A stretch of 64,000 nt of DNA from Candidatus Poribacteria bacterium (GTDB lineage Bacteria > Poribacteria > WGA-4E > PCPOR2b): positions 2,337,527 to 2,401,526 of the forward strand of contig OY762266.1 in NCBI GenBank assembly GCA_963665285.1, read 5' to 3'. Below the pieces are notes generated by a model. That model worked only from the letters and a program-made list of their open reading frames with translations. It made no database searches and was not told where the DNA came from. Position numbers and translations under genes: made by a program. Below are positions 30,273 to 40,254 of this stretch, one piece after another. Positions within the stretch are counted from its first letter, which is position 1, and each line of letters starts with the position of its first letter.

Positions 30273-31100
30273 ATGGCTTACACACTTGAAGATGAATTTG
30301 GAGATATTATTGGCAAGGCGAGGCGTGGGAACGGTTTGAGCGTGGGTGAAGTTGCTGCCAGTGCAGGACTTACGGAGGCGCAGGTGTCCCAGATGGAAGA
30401 CTACACACTGAAACCGACTGAGGACCAGGTTCACAGCATCGCAGCGTGCCTTAATCTCAACGGTGCACGGTTGGCGGACATTGCGATGGAACGCTGGGGA
30501 CCCGAACCGATCCCATCGGGATACGACACCGCTTTGGAGGTTGTTACTATCACGGCGGATGTCGGTGGATGGCCCGTCCATGCATACCTATTGGTATGCA
30601 AAGCGACCAATAAAGCTGCTATTATCGACACAGCGGCGCACCCGGACGATGTGTTGCAAAAGGTGACGGAAACCGGCGTCGAGCCGACCCTGATTCTGCT
30701 GACGCACGCGCACGGCGACCATGCGAACGGTCTAATGGATATCGAACGGGCGACGGGCTGCCCGACATACATCCACGCACAGGAACCACAGCCGCGTAGC
30801 ACCCAACAACTCCGACTCCTCAACCATGGAGATGACGTGGCGGTCGGCAACCTCTCCGTGAAAACGCTCGATACACCCGGACACACGCCCGGTGGTTGCA
30901 GCTTCCATACTCGTTCCACAGTGATTGTCGGCGACGCGCTATTTGCGGGATCAGTCGGCGGTGCGAATATTTCATATACTGATCTACTCTCCGGGGTCAG
31001 GAATTACCTGCTTTCGCTCCCCGACGATACGAAACTCTTCCCCGGACACGGTCCCGCCACAACTGTCGGCGAAGAAAAAGCACATAATCCTTTTTTCTAA
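30273..31100 (+). CDS. HTH (XRE/Cro-C1-type) domain fused to an MBL-fold metallo-hydrolase (glyoxalase II-like)
   Basis: N-terminal LSVGEVAASAGLTEAQVSQME helix-turn-helix. THAHGDH (HxHxDH), followed by GHTPG and the conserved Asp/His of the metallo-beta-lactamase fold. RBS AAGGAG. Confidence 0.75.
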   Translation: MAYTLEDEFGDIIGKARRGNGLSVGEVAASAGLTEAQVSQMEDYTLKPTEDQVHSIAACLNLNGARLADIAMERWGPEPIPSGYDTALEVVTITADVGGWPVHAYLLVCKATNKAAIIDTAAHPDDVLQKVTETGVEPTLILLTHAHGDHANGLMDIERATGCPTYIHAQEPQPRSTQQLRLLNHGDDVAVGNLSVKTLDTPGHTPGGCSFHTRSTVIVGDALFAGSVGGANISYTDLLSGVRNYLLSLPDDTKLFPGHGPATTVGEEKAHNPFF

Positions 31101-31195
31101 GGTTCGATAATCACCGTTAAGGAGACTTATGACCCTGTTTTTTCTTAGGCAGAATTCAGGATAAAAGTATTATTGATAGGAGTTACGCACTTGAG

Positions 31196-31257
31196 TTTGT
31201 AGTAGCGCAATTCATTGCGCGTCTTTAAGGTAGTAGGCATACGCTGTATGCCGTAAC
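31196..31257. repeat. composite REP-like element: GTTTGTAGTAGCGCAATTCATTGCGCGTCTT (copy 2) + GTAGGCATACGCTGTATGCCGTAAC
   Basis: The first module is identical to 7968-7998. The second module (hairpin GGCATA-N5-TATGCC + GTAAC) matches 3170-3194. Confidence 0.5.
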
Positions 31258-31520
31258 CAAGCCCATCGACTGCATCCTCCACACGCAGCTTAAACAGGAC
31301 GGCAAACTTACGGCTTAGTGCACACAGCATGACGGGAAAACGCTTGAGCCGGCGTGGGCGCGTTTCTACGAGATTGGACAGGAACGCCGCGGTGGCTACG
31401 ATTACTACGGTACCTGGGCTGCCAACCTGCTCGTCAAGGATTACCCGTGGTGGAGATCGAAGCACAAGCTCCCGACGGAATGACCGGCTCACAAATCTCA
31501 TCCGGTAAGGAGATCAGCCG

Positions 31521-32597
31521 ATGTTAAGAGAAATGAAGAGTTGTAAATTCTATTTCACAGTAACAACCCTGCTTCTGTTTACTGCTATCGCTTTCGCACA
31601 AGAGGTGAATATGGAACACAAAGAAAATGAGCACCATTCAACGAATAGACTGCGTGTAATCATGACATCGGATTTTCCACCGATTGGCGTCGTCAAGGGT
31701 GGCAACGTACCCAACGATCAAAAGAGCGACCCGGATGATATGCAGTCGATAGTCCGCTTCCTGTTGTATGCCAATGAGTTTGACATCGAAGCACTGATAG
31801 CTTCAGCGGGCACCTTTGCCAACATAGCCAAGAAACAGAACATACTGGATGTGATCGACCACTACGAAACGGTATACGAGAACCTGAAAAAACATGATCC
31901 CTTGTATCCCACCCCGGACTATCTGCGTTCGGTTACTTTCCAAGGCAATAGCGGCACCTGGGGCAAAAACGGTGCTGTTAATATTGGTGAAGGCAAAGAC
32001 AGTGAGGCTTCGGAGGCAATCATCAGCGTCGTGGACAAGCCCGATCCGCGTCCGGTCTATATTGGCATCTGGGGCGACTGCAGCGTTGTAGCGCAAGCGG
32101 TCTGGAAGGTACAGAATACACGCAGTGCTGCCGACCTAGAAACGTTCCTAAGCAAATTACGGATCCATCAAATCGCGACCCAAGATGGCACGATTGGCTG
32201 GTTGCGCGATAACTTCCCAAAATTGTTCATCATTCACTCGCAAAAGACTTACCGGGGGATGTTCGGCGGACGGGATCCGATTTCAAACCTCGCCTGGGTC
32301 AACGAGAACATTCGCAATAACCACGGATCTCTCTGCGATGTGTATCCGCACGAAGGGATGGGCTGCACCGGGGTGTGTGAAGGGGATTCGCCTTCGTTCC
32401 TGTGGCTGGTGAGTGCGAACCGCGGGTTGAACGATCCCGACGACCCCACCCAAGAAAGCTGGGGCGGACAATTCAAGCGCGACGGGAATACCAATCACTA
32501 TGTTGATGGACCCGGTCCGTCGAGTATCTCCAAGTGGCGTTCAGACTATCAGGCAGAGTTCCAACAGCGCGCAGACTGGTGTATAAGTTCCCCCTAG
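31521..32597 (+). CDS. DUF1593-like (nucleoside-hydrolase-like fold) secreted protein, possibly C-terminally truncated
   Basis: Signal peptide. The N-terminal motif SDFPPIG...DPDDMQSIVRFLLYANEFDIEALIAS resembles DUF1593 proteins as I recall them. The ORF ends at the edge of a decayed region. RBS AAGGAG. Confidence 0.55.
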   Translation: MLREMKSCKFYFTVTTLLLFTAIAFAQEVNMEHKENEHHSTNRLRVIMTSDFPPIGVVKGGNVPNDQKSDPDDMQSIVRFLLYANEFDIEALIASAGTFANIAKKQNILDVIDHYETVYENLKKHDPLYPTPDYLRSVTFQGNSGTWGKNGAVNIGEGKDSEASEAIISVVDKPDPRPVYIGIWGDCSVVAQAVWKVQNTRSAADLETFLSKLRIHQIATQDGTIGWLRDNFPKLFIIHSQKTYRGMFGGRDPISNLAWVNENIRNNHGSLCDVYPHEGMGCTGVCEGDSPSFLWLVSANRGLNDPDDPTQESWGGQFKRDGNTNHYVDGPGPSSISKWRSDYQAEFQQRADWCISSP

Positions 32598-32737
32598 CCA
32601 CACCAATTTATACGCTTACGCTTCGTCTGAACACGCTTTGTTCTTAAAGTAGTAGGCTGTACTGCCATCGGAAATTTGGGCCACCATCTAAACCAAGATT
32701 GTGATACAATGCCAATCCAATTGAAAGGAGCTTTCCG

Positions 32738-32869
32738 ATGGCAAAACGAAGAAGATTCACTCCCCAATTTAAGGCGGAAGTGGTTATTGAAGCCCTTATA
32801 GGTCAAAGTTCGCAAGCCGAACTCTGTCGAAGGCACAACCTCAGTGCTGAACAACAATACTTGTCTTAA
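32738..32869 (+). pseudogene. remnant of IS3-family transposase orfA (first 43 codons only)
   Basis: MAKRRRFTPQFKAEVVIEALIGQSSQAELCRRHNLSAEQQ is the canonical IS3/IS911 OrfA HTH N-terminus. It is preceded by AAAGGAG and terminated prematurely. No orfB follows. Confidence 0.7.
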
Positions 32870-32895
32870 CTTCACTGATTTGTGGCCCAAATTAA

Positions 32896-33150
32896 CGGTG
32901 GCACTTCAAAGACTTTAACAAAGCAATAGAACTAAATCCTAATTTCGCGCAAACTTATTGCAACCGAAGTGCTATATGGCTGCGTTTGGAAGAATGGAAA
33001 AAAGCTATATCCGATTTGACAACTGCCAAAGAAAAGGGAGCAAATATCGTCAATATGTTTCGTAAAGACTACGAAAGCGTTGCGGACTTCCAGAAGAAAT
33101 ATAGCATTCAACTTCCACCGAACATCGCCGAAATGCTGACCCCCGCATAA
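32896..33150 (+). pseudogene. 3' fragment of a TPR-repeat protein gene (no start codon)
   Basis: The open frame encodes ...FKDFNKAIELNPNFAQTYCNRSAIWLRLEEWKKAISDLTTAKEKGANIV... with a TPR-like AxxxxxxA pattern. It begins directly after an in-frame stop. Confidence 0.45.
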
Positions 33151-33164
33151 CCATAGTAGCAGTT

Positions 33165-33192
33165 GTAGGGAATAACGATCGTTGTTCCCTAC
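33165..33192. repeat. REP-like hairpin GTAGGGAATAACGATCGTTGTTCCCTAC (copy 3)
   Basis: Perfect 8-bp stem GTAGGGAA/TTCCCTAC. The loop is nearly identical to the copy at 10317-10344. Confidence 0.5.
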
Positions 33193-33228
33193 TTTACCAA
33201 ACCGGCAATTTAGGTTATAATAAGCCGT

Positions 33229-34278
33229 ATGACACAAAAACCCCAAATCGACCCCACCGAATCCCAAAAAGGCAAAATCTACCTATGGCTCGCGATCCTG
33301 ATATTCGGTGCCGCCTCAGCCGTAGTCGCCAAGCTAATCATGATCGGCGAAAACGCGCTGCTAGATGGACGGAATCCGATAGCGTTCTGCAACCTGCTGT
33401 TTGCCGGAAACGTCGTCGCTGGGGTTACGCTATTAGCAATCTTCCACAGAGACTGGAAACCTTCCAAACTCAAAGAACTGACCCCCAAGCAGTGGCTTAT
33501 CCAGCTTGTCTTGGCGGCGACATCGGGCGCGTTGGCACCCTCACTAATGTTTCTCGCCATTGAGCAGACCTCGGTCACAAACATCGTGCTAATCGAAACG
33601 ATCGAAATCCCACTGGGTCTGTTCTTGGCGTGGCTGCTCTACCGGGAGAAATCGAGTTGGAGTGCGGTCATCGGTGCGTTGCTGGCTTTGGGTGGTGTCG
33701 CAACGACCCTCTGGTTAGAATCGGGTCAACCCAGTGAAATGATGCAGCAAGGTCAGATGAGCGGTGGTATTGGGCCCGGCGAAATCTACGCGACGGCTGG
33801 CACATTTTTTCTGGTGCTTGGGGCAGAACTCGGTCGCAAGCAACTTCAATCAATCCCTTTGGGCGTCTTCAGTGTCTTCCGAAATTTTGTCGGCTCAATT
33901 ATCTTTCTGATCGTCGTGCTCATTATGCTCGGGCCGGGACACTTTATGGATCTTTTCAGACCCGTCCTCTGGGGTTGGATGGCGTTGTACGGGAGCGTCA
34001 TTGTGGTCGGCGGTCAGATTTGCTGGTTTTCAGGAATCAAACGGGTAACGCCCGCGGATATTTCGTTAGCTGCCGCATTTTCACCGATCGCTGGGGTCAT
34101 CTTCGCATTCCTGATACTTGGCGAAACCCCGATGAGCGCGCAGATCATCGGCGGCGCAATCATACTCTGTGGTATTGGGGTAGGGCTTGCTGGAGACCTG
34201 AAATTCCCACAGCGGGAAGCAAAACGGACCCGATCCGTCAAATCGGAAGACAAACCCAAGGCATTTACAGGCATTTAG
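33229..34278 (+). CDS. DMT-superfamily (EamA-like) transporter, about 10 TM segments
   Basis: Two EamA-type halves of hydrophobic helices. Hydrophobicity pattern throughout. Confidence 0.7.
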   Translation: MTQKPQIDPTESQKGKIYLWLAILIFGAASAVVAKLIMIGENALLDGRNPIAFCNLLFAGNVVAGVTLLAIFHRDWKPSKLKELTPKQWLIQLVLAATSGALAPSLMFLAIEQTSVTNIVLIETIEIPLGLFLAWLLYREKSSWSAVIGALLALGGVATTLWLESGQPSEMMQQGQMSGGIGPGEIYATAGTFFLVLGAELGRKQLQSIPLGVFSVFRNFVGSIIFLIVVLIMLGPGHFMDLFRPVLWGWMALYGSVIVVGGQICWFSGIKRVTPADISLAAAFSPIAGVIFAFLILGETPMSAQIIGGAIILCGIGVGLAGDLKFPQREAKRTRSVKSEDKPKAFTGI

Positions 34279-34302
34279 AACAGAATTCACTGAGGAAAAA
34301 AT

Positions 34303-35451
34303 ATGCCCAACTCCAAAGATCCCAAATATCGCGTTGGCATCATCGGTTGCGGAAGAGCGGGGACAGGCCGCGCTCGCGCCTTCGATCTCCATCCGTTGTG
34401 CGAGGTCGTTGCCATCGCCGACACCGATCCCGAAAATCTGGCGTTAGGTTGCCGACATTTCAATGCTCCGGGCTACAACACTTTTGACGATCTGTTCAAG
34501 CACGAACAGATCGATATTGCGATGCCGGTCCTGCCGGTACGCCCCAACGCCGATGCCGTCGTCGCTTCAGCGGAAGCGGGTGTCAAGGCGATTTTCTGCG
34601 AAAAGCCGCTCACCGCTAGCCTCGAAGATGCCGACCGTATGGTAGAAGCGTGTCGCTCCCGTGGTATACATTTCGCCGCAGGGCTTGTCATATCAAGCCA
34701 TCCAGATTACCAGAAGGCTTACGAATTGGTCGCAGCAGGCGAGATCGGCGACATCCAGCGGATTGACCTGTATAGCCCTAACAATCAGGGTGGGTGTCAC
34801 GGGCTTAACCTCGTCCGCAAGTTCGCAGGGAAGGCACCCGTCGATTGGGTGCTCGGCTGGGTAGACGGCGATCCCTTCAGCGACCACGAACATCCGTACG
34901 ATGAGGCTAAGACCGGATTTGGAAAAATCGGTGGCTACATCCGCTTCTCCAACGGGGTTGAGTGCTTCAGCAACTACAAGGAAATCGGATGGAAGGGGAT
35001 CGAGATCATCGGTTCCAAGGGAATGATATATAACTGGAACAACACCGGCTTAGGGCTACATCTCCTGAAGAACGATAATACCCAACGAGGTCCCGCCAAA
35101 CTCAGAGAGGTTAAGGGCGTGTTTGAGGAATACAGGGAGGCGGATCGGGGGTACGATGACGAGGGCTGGCTCGATCCGGGGACCCCGATGAAGGGGATTG
35201 TTCAGGCGATTGTCGATTCACTGGAAACGGGTGACCCGCTCAAAATAACCACCGGGGACGATCTACGTCACGCGTTAGAGATCGCAATCGGCTTGAGGGA
35301 ATCTCACCGGCGGGGGCACACCCCTGTGAAGTTTCCGATCGAGGATCGAAGCCTTGTCATGCATCCACAGAGGTCACGATGGCACTATAAGAAAGATATT
35401 TTGGGTAGGGAGTGGTACATGGAACAGATGCGACAACAGAGGAGAGATTAA
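34303..35451 (+). CDS. Gfo/Idh/MocA family NAD(P)-dependent oxidoreductase
   Basis: N-terminal VGIIGCGRAG Rossmann motif plus the EKP motif (FCEKPL) characteristic of the family. Confidence 0.8.
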   Translation: MPNSKDPKYRVGIIGCGRAGTGRARAFDLHPLCEVVAIADTDPENLALGCRHFNAPGYNTFDDLFKHEQIDIAMPVLPVRPNADAVVASAEAGVKAIFCEKPLTASLEDADRMVEACRSRGIHFAAGLVISSHPDYQKAYELVAAGEIGDIQRIDLYSPNNQGGCHGLNLVRKFAGKAPVDWVLGWVDGDPFSDHEHPYDEAKTGFGKIGGYIRFSNGVECFSNYKEIGWKGIEIIGSKGMIYNWNNTGLGLHLLKNDNTQRGPAKLREVKGVFEEYREADRGYDDEGWLDPGTPMKGIVQAIVDSLETGDPLKITTGDDLRHALEIAIGLRESHRRGHTPVKFPIEDRSLVMHPQRSRWHYKKDILGREWYMEQMRQQRRD

Positions 35452-36689
35452 TGGACATTGAGGAAATTCAACGTTTTCTCACCGAGAAGCGGGATGGATC
35501 TCAGCGAAATTCAAAGACTTCTCGACGCAAGGATCGGGAATCAAAGGGGCTCGACGGCTGGTTACTGTACGATTTTCGGGGGTCAAATCCAATTGCCCGA
35601 AACGTCGCTGCCATCAATGATCCCGGTATCACCCGGCGTTGGTTCTGTTACATCCCACTGGGGGGAACGCCGATATGGCTTGTCCACCGGATTGAAGTTT
35701 CCCACTTCACCAACGTCCTCGGCGAAGTCAGGACCTACACCCATTGGGGTGAACTGCAACGTGAGATGGAAATCATCCTCAAGGGTAGCAATCGGGTTGC
35801 GATGGAATATTCTCCCTTTGCCGCTATCCCTTACGTTTCAAGGGTGGACGCCGGCACAGTTGAGTTGATCCGTTCCTTAGGGGTTGAAGTGGTCTCCTCC
35901 GCGGATCTGGTGCAACAGTCCGAGGCACGCTGGACCGCCGATCAGTTTGCCGGACATCTGAAATCGGCACATTTGATACTGGAGATCAAAGACGAAGCGT
36001 TTGCTTGGTTGGGGGTACAGCTGCGTGATGGGATCCCCGTCACGGAGTATGATGTGCAAAGCCTCATCATGGAACGCTTTGACGCCGAGGATTTGATACC
36101 GGGACACCCCCCAATTGTGGCGGTCAACGCAAAAGCCAGTGATCCACACTATTACCCAACGGCGGACCAACATCAGCCGATCCAACCGGGAGATTTCGTC
36201 CTGATTGATCTATGGGCAAAGCAGAAGGCGTCGGACGCCGTCTATGCGGATACAACGTGGGTAGCCTACGCCGGCGAGGTCGCCCCCCAACGTTACATTG
36301 AGGTATTCGAGGTTGTTCGCGATGCACGGGATCTGGCGGTCAGCTTCATCCGTGAGAGCTTCGCGGTGGGTGAGATGGTTTACGGCTATGCCGTCGATGA
36401 TCTGGTGCGAAGCTACATAACGGAGAGGGGGTATGGCGAGTTTTTTATCCACCGGACCGGACATAGCATCGGGACAGAGATACACGGCAACGGCGTCAAT
36501 ATCGACAATCTGGAAACGAGAGACGAACGCGCGCTAATCCCCGGTGTCTGCTTCTCAATTGAGCCGGGAGTCTACCTTCCTAAGTTCGGTGTCAGGAGTG
36601 AGATTAATGTCTTTATAGCAGATCTCACACCTGAAGGCGTGGTTGTGACAACCCTGCCCGCCCAAGAAGAGGTCATAATGCTGTTGTAG
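35451..36689 (+). CDS. M24-family metallopeptidase (Xaa-Pro aminopeptidase/creatinase-like)
   Basis: Pita-bread fold metal ligands (HRTGHSIG, FSIEPG). ATG at 35451 overlaps the stop of the upstream gene (TAATG) and is preceded by GAGGAGAG. Confidence 0.8.
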   Translation: MDIEEIQRFLTEKRDGSQRNSKTSRRKDRESKGLDGWLLYDFRGSNPIARNVAAINDPGITRRWFCYIPLGGTPIWLVHRIEVSHFTNVLGEVRTYTHWGELQREMEIILKGSNRVAMEYSPFAAIPYVSRVDAGTVELIRSLGVEVVSSADLVQQSEARWTADQFAGHLKSAHLILEIKDEAFAWLGVQLRDGIPVTEYDVQSLIMERFDAEDLIPGHPPIVAVNAKASDPHYYPTADQHQPIQPGDFVLIDLWAKQKASDAVYADTTWVAYAGEVAPQRYIEVFEVVRDARDLAVSFIRESFAVGEMVYGYAVDDLVRSYITERGYGEFFIHRTGHSIGTEIHGNGVNIDNLETRDERALIPGVCFSIEPGVYLPKFGVRSEINVFIADLTPEGVVVTTLPAQEEVIMLL

Positions 36690-36718
36690 ATTTGGTCAGG
36701 TTGCAAAGAAGGTAAGAT

Positions 36719-37723
36719 TTACTCCCCGCCTCCCCCATCTATCGTCACGGAGGCACTTTCGCTGCCAGATTCTGGGACAGGGGTTTCAGACTTCAGATCT
36801 GCTGACTTCTTGATCAGCTTGTCCACGTTCCCTTTGTTTAGTTCAAAGATCTGGGCTTTGTCTTCGTGCTTCACGTAGTACGCACCGCTCTCCTCGTTGC
36901 CAATCAGGAGTGTCCTCGCTGACCCATCCTTGAGCGTAGCAGTGATCAACATCTTCGGTGCGTCAAGTCCATACTCTGAGAGCTCTTTCGGCTCTACAAA
37001 ATCATCGGTTTCCAACGAACTCATCAGCTCCGTGATTGCTTCGACCTCCGTTCCATCGGCAGCCGAGACGATCGGTTTAAGCATCTGCCACGCGCCCACA
37101 GCGTCGATCTGAAGTTCAACCTCTTCCTCCTCCGATCTGATTATCAGGTGGGTCACATCTTCCTTAAGAAACGAAAAAATCGTCCTATCTCGCCACGAGC
37201 GATACCCTTTATCAAAGGTAGATTTAAGATGACCGTTGACGATGTAGACATCATTAGAATCTGCAGCGCGAACATAGCTATAAAATATTCCTGGGGTCGT
37301 CTTCCCGGCAAACAGGTGTGCTAGGACGTTGCCACTCGCGTCGGTGAGTTTAGCTTCGACGCCGGAACTGTCGACTTGGAAGACAGCTTGCTTCTCCGGG
37401 TTTGAGGATGCGCGTTGAACCGTTTTCATCTCGGCAACCTTATCAAGCAATTCCCCAACAGCCGTCTGATCAGCAGGATAGTTATCCATCGATTCCACAA
37501 GCCACTGATCATCCTGCTTGACAAGCATCGTGGTTGTCAGCCCAAATGCAGCGATGATCTCGATTTTCGCCACATTCTCCTTGTTAAAGTAGGGGAACAG
37601 CAGTCCCGCCTCCTCAACCTTCTTCTGCTCCTCACTCTTGCCAAATGGATTTTCAAGAATCAAGACCAGTAAACCTAAGACAACAAGCACACCAACTAAG
37701 ACTAAAAGTTGTTTCGTTTTCAT
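36719..37723 (-). CDS. DUF4340-like periplasmic protein (accessory to GldG-type ABC systems)
   Basis: N-terminal TM anchor and position immediately downstream of the GldG-like gene. This gene order (ATPase, permease, GldG, DUF4340) is a recurrent arrangement. RBS AGGTGAG. Confidence 0.55.
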   Translation of the reverse strand: MKTKQLLVLVGVLVVLGLLVLILENPFGKSEEQKKVEEAGLLFPYFNKENVAKIEIIAAFGLTTTMLVKQDDQWLVESMDNYPADQTAVGELLDKVAEMKTVQRASSNPEKQAVFQVDSSGVEAKLTDASGNVLAHLFAGKTTPGIFYSYVRAADSNDVYIVNGHLKSTFDKGYRSWRDRTIFSFLKEDVTHLIIRSEEEEVELQIDAVGAWQMLKPIVSAADGTEVEAITELMSSLETDDFVEPKELSEYGLDAPKMLITATLKDGSARTLLIGNEESGAYYVKHEDKAQIFELNKGNVDKLIKKSADLKSETPVPESGSESASVTIDGGGGE

Positions 37724-37755
37724 AATCTCACCTAAATCGACGATGAAGCGGGACC

Positions 37756-39405
37756 TTATGACGTGGATCCATACGCTTCAACCAAACGTTTCGCCCTCCT
37801 TCTCAAGAAAAATCGAACCAATCCAAAAGCGATAACAAGAAGTGGCACACCGGCAATGCTTATAAACTTGAGGAAGAATTTTTCACTTTCAGAAACCTCT
37901 TTCAATGGACGGTTTGTGGCACCGTGAGATCTTATGTTAATCAGTTCTTCGCCGAGGGTAAGCCAGTCTACCGTATTCAGGAAAAACAGTTGACCATCCC
38001 GTTGACCCTGTTGTAAAAATTGAGAGTTTCCAACCACAACGATTTGGGTCGCTTCACTGTCGGTCTTTGTCGTTCGCTCTTCCTCCGCCGGTTTAGCTGT
38101 TATTGATTCGTCAGATTCGCTAGATTCGCCGGGTGGGATAGCCTTACCTGTATAAAAACTCTTGAACGTTCCTGAGAGCGACACCGCAACGGCATGCGCC
38201 TGCTGCATAGAAGCCGGTGGTTGGAATTGGCGGTTTGTCGGGCTGATATTGTAAGGACTTTCCGCCGTCCAACCTCCCCTGCTGGTCTTGGCGAGCGCGA
38301 TGGCTTCGACGGAGGTGTCCTCTTGAGGCAACAGTTCGAGTGAACCTGCCCAATTCAATGTCAAACTTTCCAACTGATTCGTGATAATACTGTCCTGCGA
38401 TAACCCGTCTGAGGTCTCCCCTGTGCGGTATTGGTACTGCTTTAGCACCTTGATGAAATACGCATAGCCTGTCGTTACCGTCATGAAACCCTGTGAATAG
38501 ACGAGCTGCCCCATCGAGACATCGAGCACAAGGTTATCGTTGAGTTTGACGCCGTAGTGTTCCAACAGATCGTTCAACCCTGTTTTCAGGGGATTTACGT
38601 TTAGACCTTCGTATTGGATAAGGATCGGATCGATTAGAAAAAATGCCCGTCCGCCCCGCATGATGAACTGATCGATTTCATATTTTTCACGCTCCGTTAG
38701 CTCTTTTTTCGGCCCCGCGATAACTAGCGTTGCGACATCGGGGTCAATCTCTTTGCCAGCGTCAATTGGTACTTTTCTCACATCGTACTGTTTGCTCAAC
38801 TCTTGACGCAGCGGACCAAACGCCTGATCGAAAACATCGATTTCATCATGTCCTGTGAGGAAGCCGATTGTTTTGACCTCTTTGCTTGTTACTTTGAGAA
38901 TAGCAGAGGTCAGATCGTACTCAAGATTGGCGGTTGTTTGGACGACTGGAAGAACCTCTTTTTTATCGGCATAGAGGATTGCGATCCCCATATAAACGTT
39001 GGCGACTTCCGCTTTGTCCTTCTCAATAACGTTCACCTGCACTTCAGGAATCCCCATAAACCGAAGTTTCTGCTTCTCGGCTTCGTCCTCTGCCGCAGGG
39101 TCAATAAAGTTAATCTGCAAATTTTTGGAAAAGGCACGATATTCCTCAAGCATATCGCGGACAGATTGACGAATCTGTGCAACACGCGCTGGCTGCCGTG
39201 AGAAATAGGCATCAATTGTCACAATGTCGTCTAGCCGCTTGAGGACTTTTTTCGTCGATTGTGAAATTGTGTATCGCTTCTCCGCTGTGAGATCTGCGCG
39301 AATAAAACGACGGCTTGATAGAAAATTGATTAACGCGACAATGCCGAATACAACGAGAATAAAAGCAAGTGTATTGCCGCCATATTTTAATGTTTTTGCA
39401 GCCAT
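37756..39405 (-). CDS. GldG-like ABC-transporter auxiliary component (gliding-motility-associated ABC system family)
   Basis: N- and C-terminal TM helices bracket a large periplasmic domain. Located 4 nt after the ABC-2 permease gene. RBS GGAGG. Confidence 0.7.
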   Translation of the reverse strand: MAAKTLKYGGNTLAFILVVFGIVALINFLSSRRFIRADLTAEKRYTISQSTKKVLKRLDDIVTIDAYFSRQPARVAQIRQSVRDMLEEYRAFSKNLQINFIDPAAEDEAEKQKLRFMGIPEVQVNVIEKDKAEVANVYMGIAILYADKKEVLPVVQTTANLEYDLTSAILKVTSKEVKTIGFLTGHDEIDVFDQAFGPLRQELSKQYDVRKVPIDAGKEIDPDVATLVIAGPKKELTEREKYEIDQFIMRGGRAFFLIDPILIQYEGLNVNPLKTGLNDLLEHYGVKLNDNLVLDVSMGQLVYSQGFMTVTTGYAYFIKVLKQYQYRTGETSDGLSQDSIITNQLESLTLNWAGSLELLPQEDTSVEAIALAKTSRGGWTAESPYNISPTNRQFQPPASMQQAHAVAVSLSGTFKSFYTGKAIPPGESSESDESITAKPAEEERTTKTDSEATQIVVVGNSQFLQQGQRDGQLFFLNTVDWLTLGEELINIRSHGATNRPLKEVSESEKFFLKFISIAGVPLLVIAFGLVRFFLRRRAKRLVEAYGSTS

Positions 39406-39409
39406 AGAT

Positions 39410-40126
39410 CTACCTCCACTTCTGAACTGTAACCATCAAAACACTCAAATAAAGGAAAAAACCGATAACGGAAAAGTAATAGATGAGATCCCGAGAATCG
39501 ATAACGCCTCTCAGAATGCTGCTAAAATGGGCACCCAAGCCGAGATAACTGAAAATCGGGACAATCCAGTTCGGCGCATTGAAAAGCACAATGTCTTCAC
39601 CGATGATAAGCAACCCAAAGCACATCACAATTCCAAGGATGAAGGCGATAATCTGATTTTCCGTAATGGTAGAGGCAAACATCCCAATGGAAAGGTAAGC
39701 CGCTCCCATCAGGAAAAGCCCAATGTAGCCGCCGAAGATGGGACCCCCATCAGGCTCCCCAAGGTAGGCGACAGTAATGGGTATGGAAAGGGAGAGCAGA
39801 ATGGTTACCCCAAGCAGGCAAAAGCCAGCGAGATATTTCCCGATAACCACCTCATAATCCTTAATGGGCAGGGTCATCAAAATTTCAACTGTGCCTATCT
39901 TCTTTTCCTCTGCCCAAAGTTTCATAGTGACCGCCGGAATGAACAGAAGGAATATCCACGGCACCCAACTGAAGAAACCTCGCATTACGGCTTGACCTAC
40001 GAGGAAAAAGCCCCGAAAGAAAAACCAAGCGGAAAGCGCGAGAAAAAATGTGATAAAGATATACGCGATAGGCGAATTAAAGTAGCTTCTAAACTCCTTC
40101 TTGAAAATTGCTGCGATGTTGTTCAT
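39410..40126 (-). CDS. ABC-2 type transporter permease (GldF-like)
   Basis: Six TM helices, ABC-2 family pattern. RBS AGGAGG. Confidence 0.7.
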   Translation of the reverse strand: MNNIAAIFKKEFRSYFNSPIAYIFITFFLALSAWFFFRGFFLVGQAVMRGFFSWVPWIFLLFIPAVTMKLWAEEKKIGTVEILMTLPIKDYEVVIGKYLAGFCLLGVTILLSLSIPITVAYLGEPDGGPIFGGYIGLFLMGAAYLSIGMFASTITENQIIAFILGIVMCFGLLIIGEDIVLFNAPNWIVPIFSYLGLGAHFSSILRGVIDSRDLIYYFSVIGFFLYLSVLMVTVQKWR

Positions 40127-40254
40127 TTTCTTTTTGTGGTATTACCTCCTTGAAAATCGCCACAGTTTAATTCGATAGCGAGATTTTCAGTCTTTGCTTC
40201 ACATTTGGCTGACTGAGACAGCGGAGAACAAATTTGCTAGCGCGTCAGTTCTGT

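Noticed and set aside
31145-31501. 118-aa minus-strand ORF in the 31.1-31.5 kb intergenic region
   Set aside because: It overlaps REP modules and a plus-strand gene remnant. It is Arg/Ser-rich with no start context and was treated as non-coding.
39224-40153. 309-aa plus-strand ORF
   Set aside because: It is completely antisense to the ABC-2 permease and GldG-like genes. Its translation is low-complexity (K/N/R-rich) with no RBS.
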